This document shows, piece by piece, positions 25,870 through 27,111 of a stretch of DNA of 27,111 nucleotides. Location of the stretch: positions 1 to 27,111 of the IMG/VR virus record IMGVR_UViG_3300037470_000789. One strand, 5' to 3'. How positions within the stretch are numbered: the stretch's first letter is position 1; each line of letters opens with the position of its first letter. The stretch comes from a virus (lineage: Duplodnaviria; Caudoviricetes). The notes under the pieces are model-generated. The model saw nothing but the letters and a program-made list of their open reading frames with translations. It made no database searches and was not told the origin of the DNA. The position numbers were made by a program, and so were the translations under genes.

Positions 25870-26794
25870 TCGCCTGTTTGGTAACGTGGGTGTAAATCAT
25901 CGTGGTGCTGATGTCTTTATGCCCCAGTAGCTCCTGGATGGTGCGCAGATCATAACCATCCTCCAGGAGATGAGTGGCAAAGCTGTGGCGGAAGGTGTGG
26001 GTCCCGACCATTTTGGCGATGCCGGCCGCTTTTACCGCCGCCTTAACCGCCTTTTGCACCGCTGAGTCATGCAGATGATGCCGCCGCACTGCCCCTGTGC
26101 GGGGGCAAACAGAACGATTCCGGGCCGGGAACACCCACTGCCAGGCCAGCTCTCGGCAGGCGTTGGGGTATTTTCGGCCGATGGCCCAGGGCATATCGAC
26201 ATCGGAGATCCCGGCAGCCAACTCCTGATTATGCAACCGCCGGACCTCATCAATTTGCGCCCGCAGCTTATCGACCGCCGAGCCAGGCAGCATGACGGTG
26301 CGGTCCTTTTTCCCTTTACCCTCGCGGATATAGATAGCGGCCCGGTCAAAATCAACGTCCTTAACCCGCAAGGCCAAAGCTTCGTTGAGCCGCAACCCGG
26401 CGCCATAAAGCAAATCGCAGATTAACCAGGCCGCCCCGGACAGATGGTCGAGTAGGGCGAACACCTCGCGTTTGCTCATCACTATCGGCGCCTTGCGAGC
26501 TTTTTTGGCTCGGAGAAAATCGATGTCGCCAATTTCCGTAATTCCCAGCACCGATTTGTAAAAAAAGACCAGGGCATTAAGGGCCTGCCGCTGGGTGGAC
26601 ACAGAGACATTACGCGAGCTGACCAGGTGCGATAAAAACATCCGCAATTTCTCGGCCGATGAGCCGACCCGATGAGTCTCGCACCAGAGGCTATACCGTT
26701 TTACCCAGCCGCAGTAAGACCGCTCGGTCTTTAGCGAGTAGTGCTTCAGCCGTACAACCTCCCGAGTTTTTTGGATTGCTTGGTAGGTATTCAT
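25829..26794 (-). CDS. intI: Integron integrase (tyrosine recombinase, IntI family)
   Basis: RLKHYSLKTERSY, STQRQALNALVFFY, LYGAGLR, GKGKKDR, HTFRHSFATHLL, LLGH..TTMIYTHV. Also has the IntI-specific insertion MPWAIGRKYPNA..WQWVFPA..CPRTG.VRRHH. Confidence 0.96.
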   Translation of the reverse strand: MNTYQAIQKTREVVRLKHYSLKTERSYCGWVKRYSLWCETHRVGSSAEKLRMFLSHLVSSRNVSVSTQRQALNALVFFYKSVLGITEIGDIDFLRAKKARKAPIVMSKREVFALLDHLSGAAWLICDLLYGAGLRLNEALALRVKDVDFDRAAIYIREGKGKKDRTVMLPGSAVDKLRAQIDEVRRLHNQELAAGISDVDMPWAIGRKYPNACRELAWQWVFPARNRSVCPRTGAVRRHHLHDSAVQKAVKAAVKAAGIAKMVGTHTFRHSFATHLLEDGYDLRTIQELLGHKDISTTMIYTHVTKQAISVRSPADCRQAA

Positions 26795-26799
26795 AGCCT

Positions 26800-26847
26800 C
26801 TGTTCCTGTGTTTATCCGCCGCCAGGCGGGTTAATATCTGTTATAAC
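26800..26847 (+). other. Candidate attI recombination site (crossover G26840|TT)
   Basis: Core GTTATAAC at 26840-26847, 46 bp upstream of the intI start, is complementary to the R'' of the downstream attC. It is preceded by GGGTTAA + 5-bp spacer (degenerate L box) and a CCGCC-GCCA-GGCGG hairpin. Confidence 0.7.
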
Positions 26848-27042
26848 GCTAAGTAGTATCCCCAGCATTCTGCGATCCATAATATTCAGTTCGCCGGTGC
26901 TGTTCATAATCGTGCGCAACTTATCGGTTCCGCCAGCGATTCCAGTAACAGCGGCAACAACATCCAATTTCCCCTTGCTATCCGCATCTTTCAGCGCCGC
27001 ACGTATCGCATCATCAGTTTTCGGGTCAGTAATATTCATCAT
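26812..27042 (-). CDS. Cassette-encoded hypothetical protein (76 aa), antisense to attC
   Basis: RBS GAGGTG just inside R'', ATG at 27042; lower GC than phage genes; reads across the left cassette junction. Confidence 0.75.
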   Translation of the reverse strand: MMNITDPKTDDAIRAALKDADSKGKLDVVAAVTGIAGGTDKLRTIMNSTGELNIMDRRMLGILLSVITDINPPGGG

Positions 27043-27108
27043 TTCACCTCGCGTTATAACCAGTCATTCAAAGCGACGGCATAAAGCCGCCGCGCTTTAA
27101 TTTAATCG
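26841..27108 (+). mobile_element. Integron gene cassette (268 bp)
   Basis: Bounded by G|TTATAAC at 26840 and G|TTA at 27108. Circularisation would recreate an attC with perfectly paired R''/R' (TTATAAC/GTTATAA). Confidence 0.85.
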
Positions 27109-27111
27109 TTA
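27054..27111 (+). other. attC site (R' cut off by window end)
   Basis: R'' TTATAAC - CAGTC - L'' ATTCAAAG - CGACGGC..GCCGCG - L' CTTTAAT - TTAATC - R' GTTA. The extra C in L'' and the unpaired A match the two canonical extrahelical bases. Confidence 0.92.

Larger units (their letters stand above)
92..27111 (-). mobile_element. Mu-like transposable prophage, late region and right end (left part lies beyond the window)
   Basis: Contiguous minus-strand genes in Mu order gp26-gp50. The boundary at 92 is inferred from a TGT plus nearby direct repeats. Whether 24.2-27.1 kb belongs to the phage is inferred from co-orientation and the antirepressor module. Confidence 0.9.

Noticed and set aside
25829-26794. 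Ordinary phage integrase or XerC/D
   Set aside because: It has the IntI-specific insertion (RKYP..WQWVFP..RRHH) and an adjacent attC.
26795-26860. LexA box controlling intI
   Set aside because: No CTG-N10-CAG match found. Other clade-specific SOS boxes cannot be excluded by eye.
26741-27100. Plus-strand 119-aa ORF as the canonical cassette gene
   Set aside because: It starts inside intI, spans attI and attC, and has no RBS. The minus-strand ORF has a clear RBS and fits the cassette.

Overview
Right-hand ~27 kb of a GC-rich Mu-like (transposable, contractile-tail) prophage read on the minus strand, with a probable phage right end near position 92. The morphogenesis operon is nearly complete and in Mu order: terminase, portal, F, protease/scaffold, capsid, head-tail, sheath, tube, chaperone with the Mu-type -2 frameshift site, tape measure, baseplate, fibre. 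Upstream of it (21.4-27.1 kb) the region is unusual. (1) A bona fide integron integrase (IntI) is followed by a candidate attI and one complete 268-bp gene cassette ending in a textbook attC at the window edge. The cassette ORF is antisense to its attC, is co-transcribed with intI and the phage genes, and has its stop codon outside the cassette. This suggests a phage-borne integron with reversed cassettes and is the main finding. (2) A P1/P4-type C4 antisense-RNA module controls a Bro-N antirepressor gene that is now broken and contains a perfect 35-bp palindrome. (3) The lysis slot has no recognisable endolysin or holin. It holds a lipoprotein, an alpha/beta hydrolase and a second fibre-like module instead. 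(4) The major capsid gene carries a signal-peptide-like N-terminal extension. All family assignments come from motif recognition and gene order by eye; no database searches were run.
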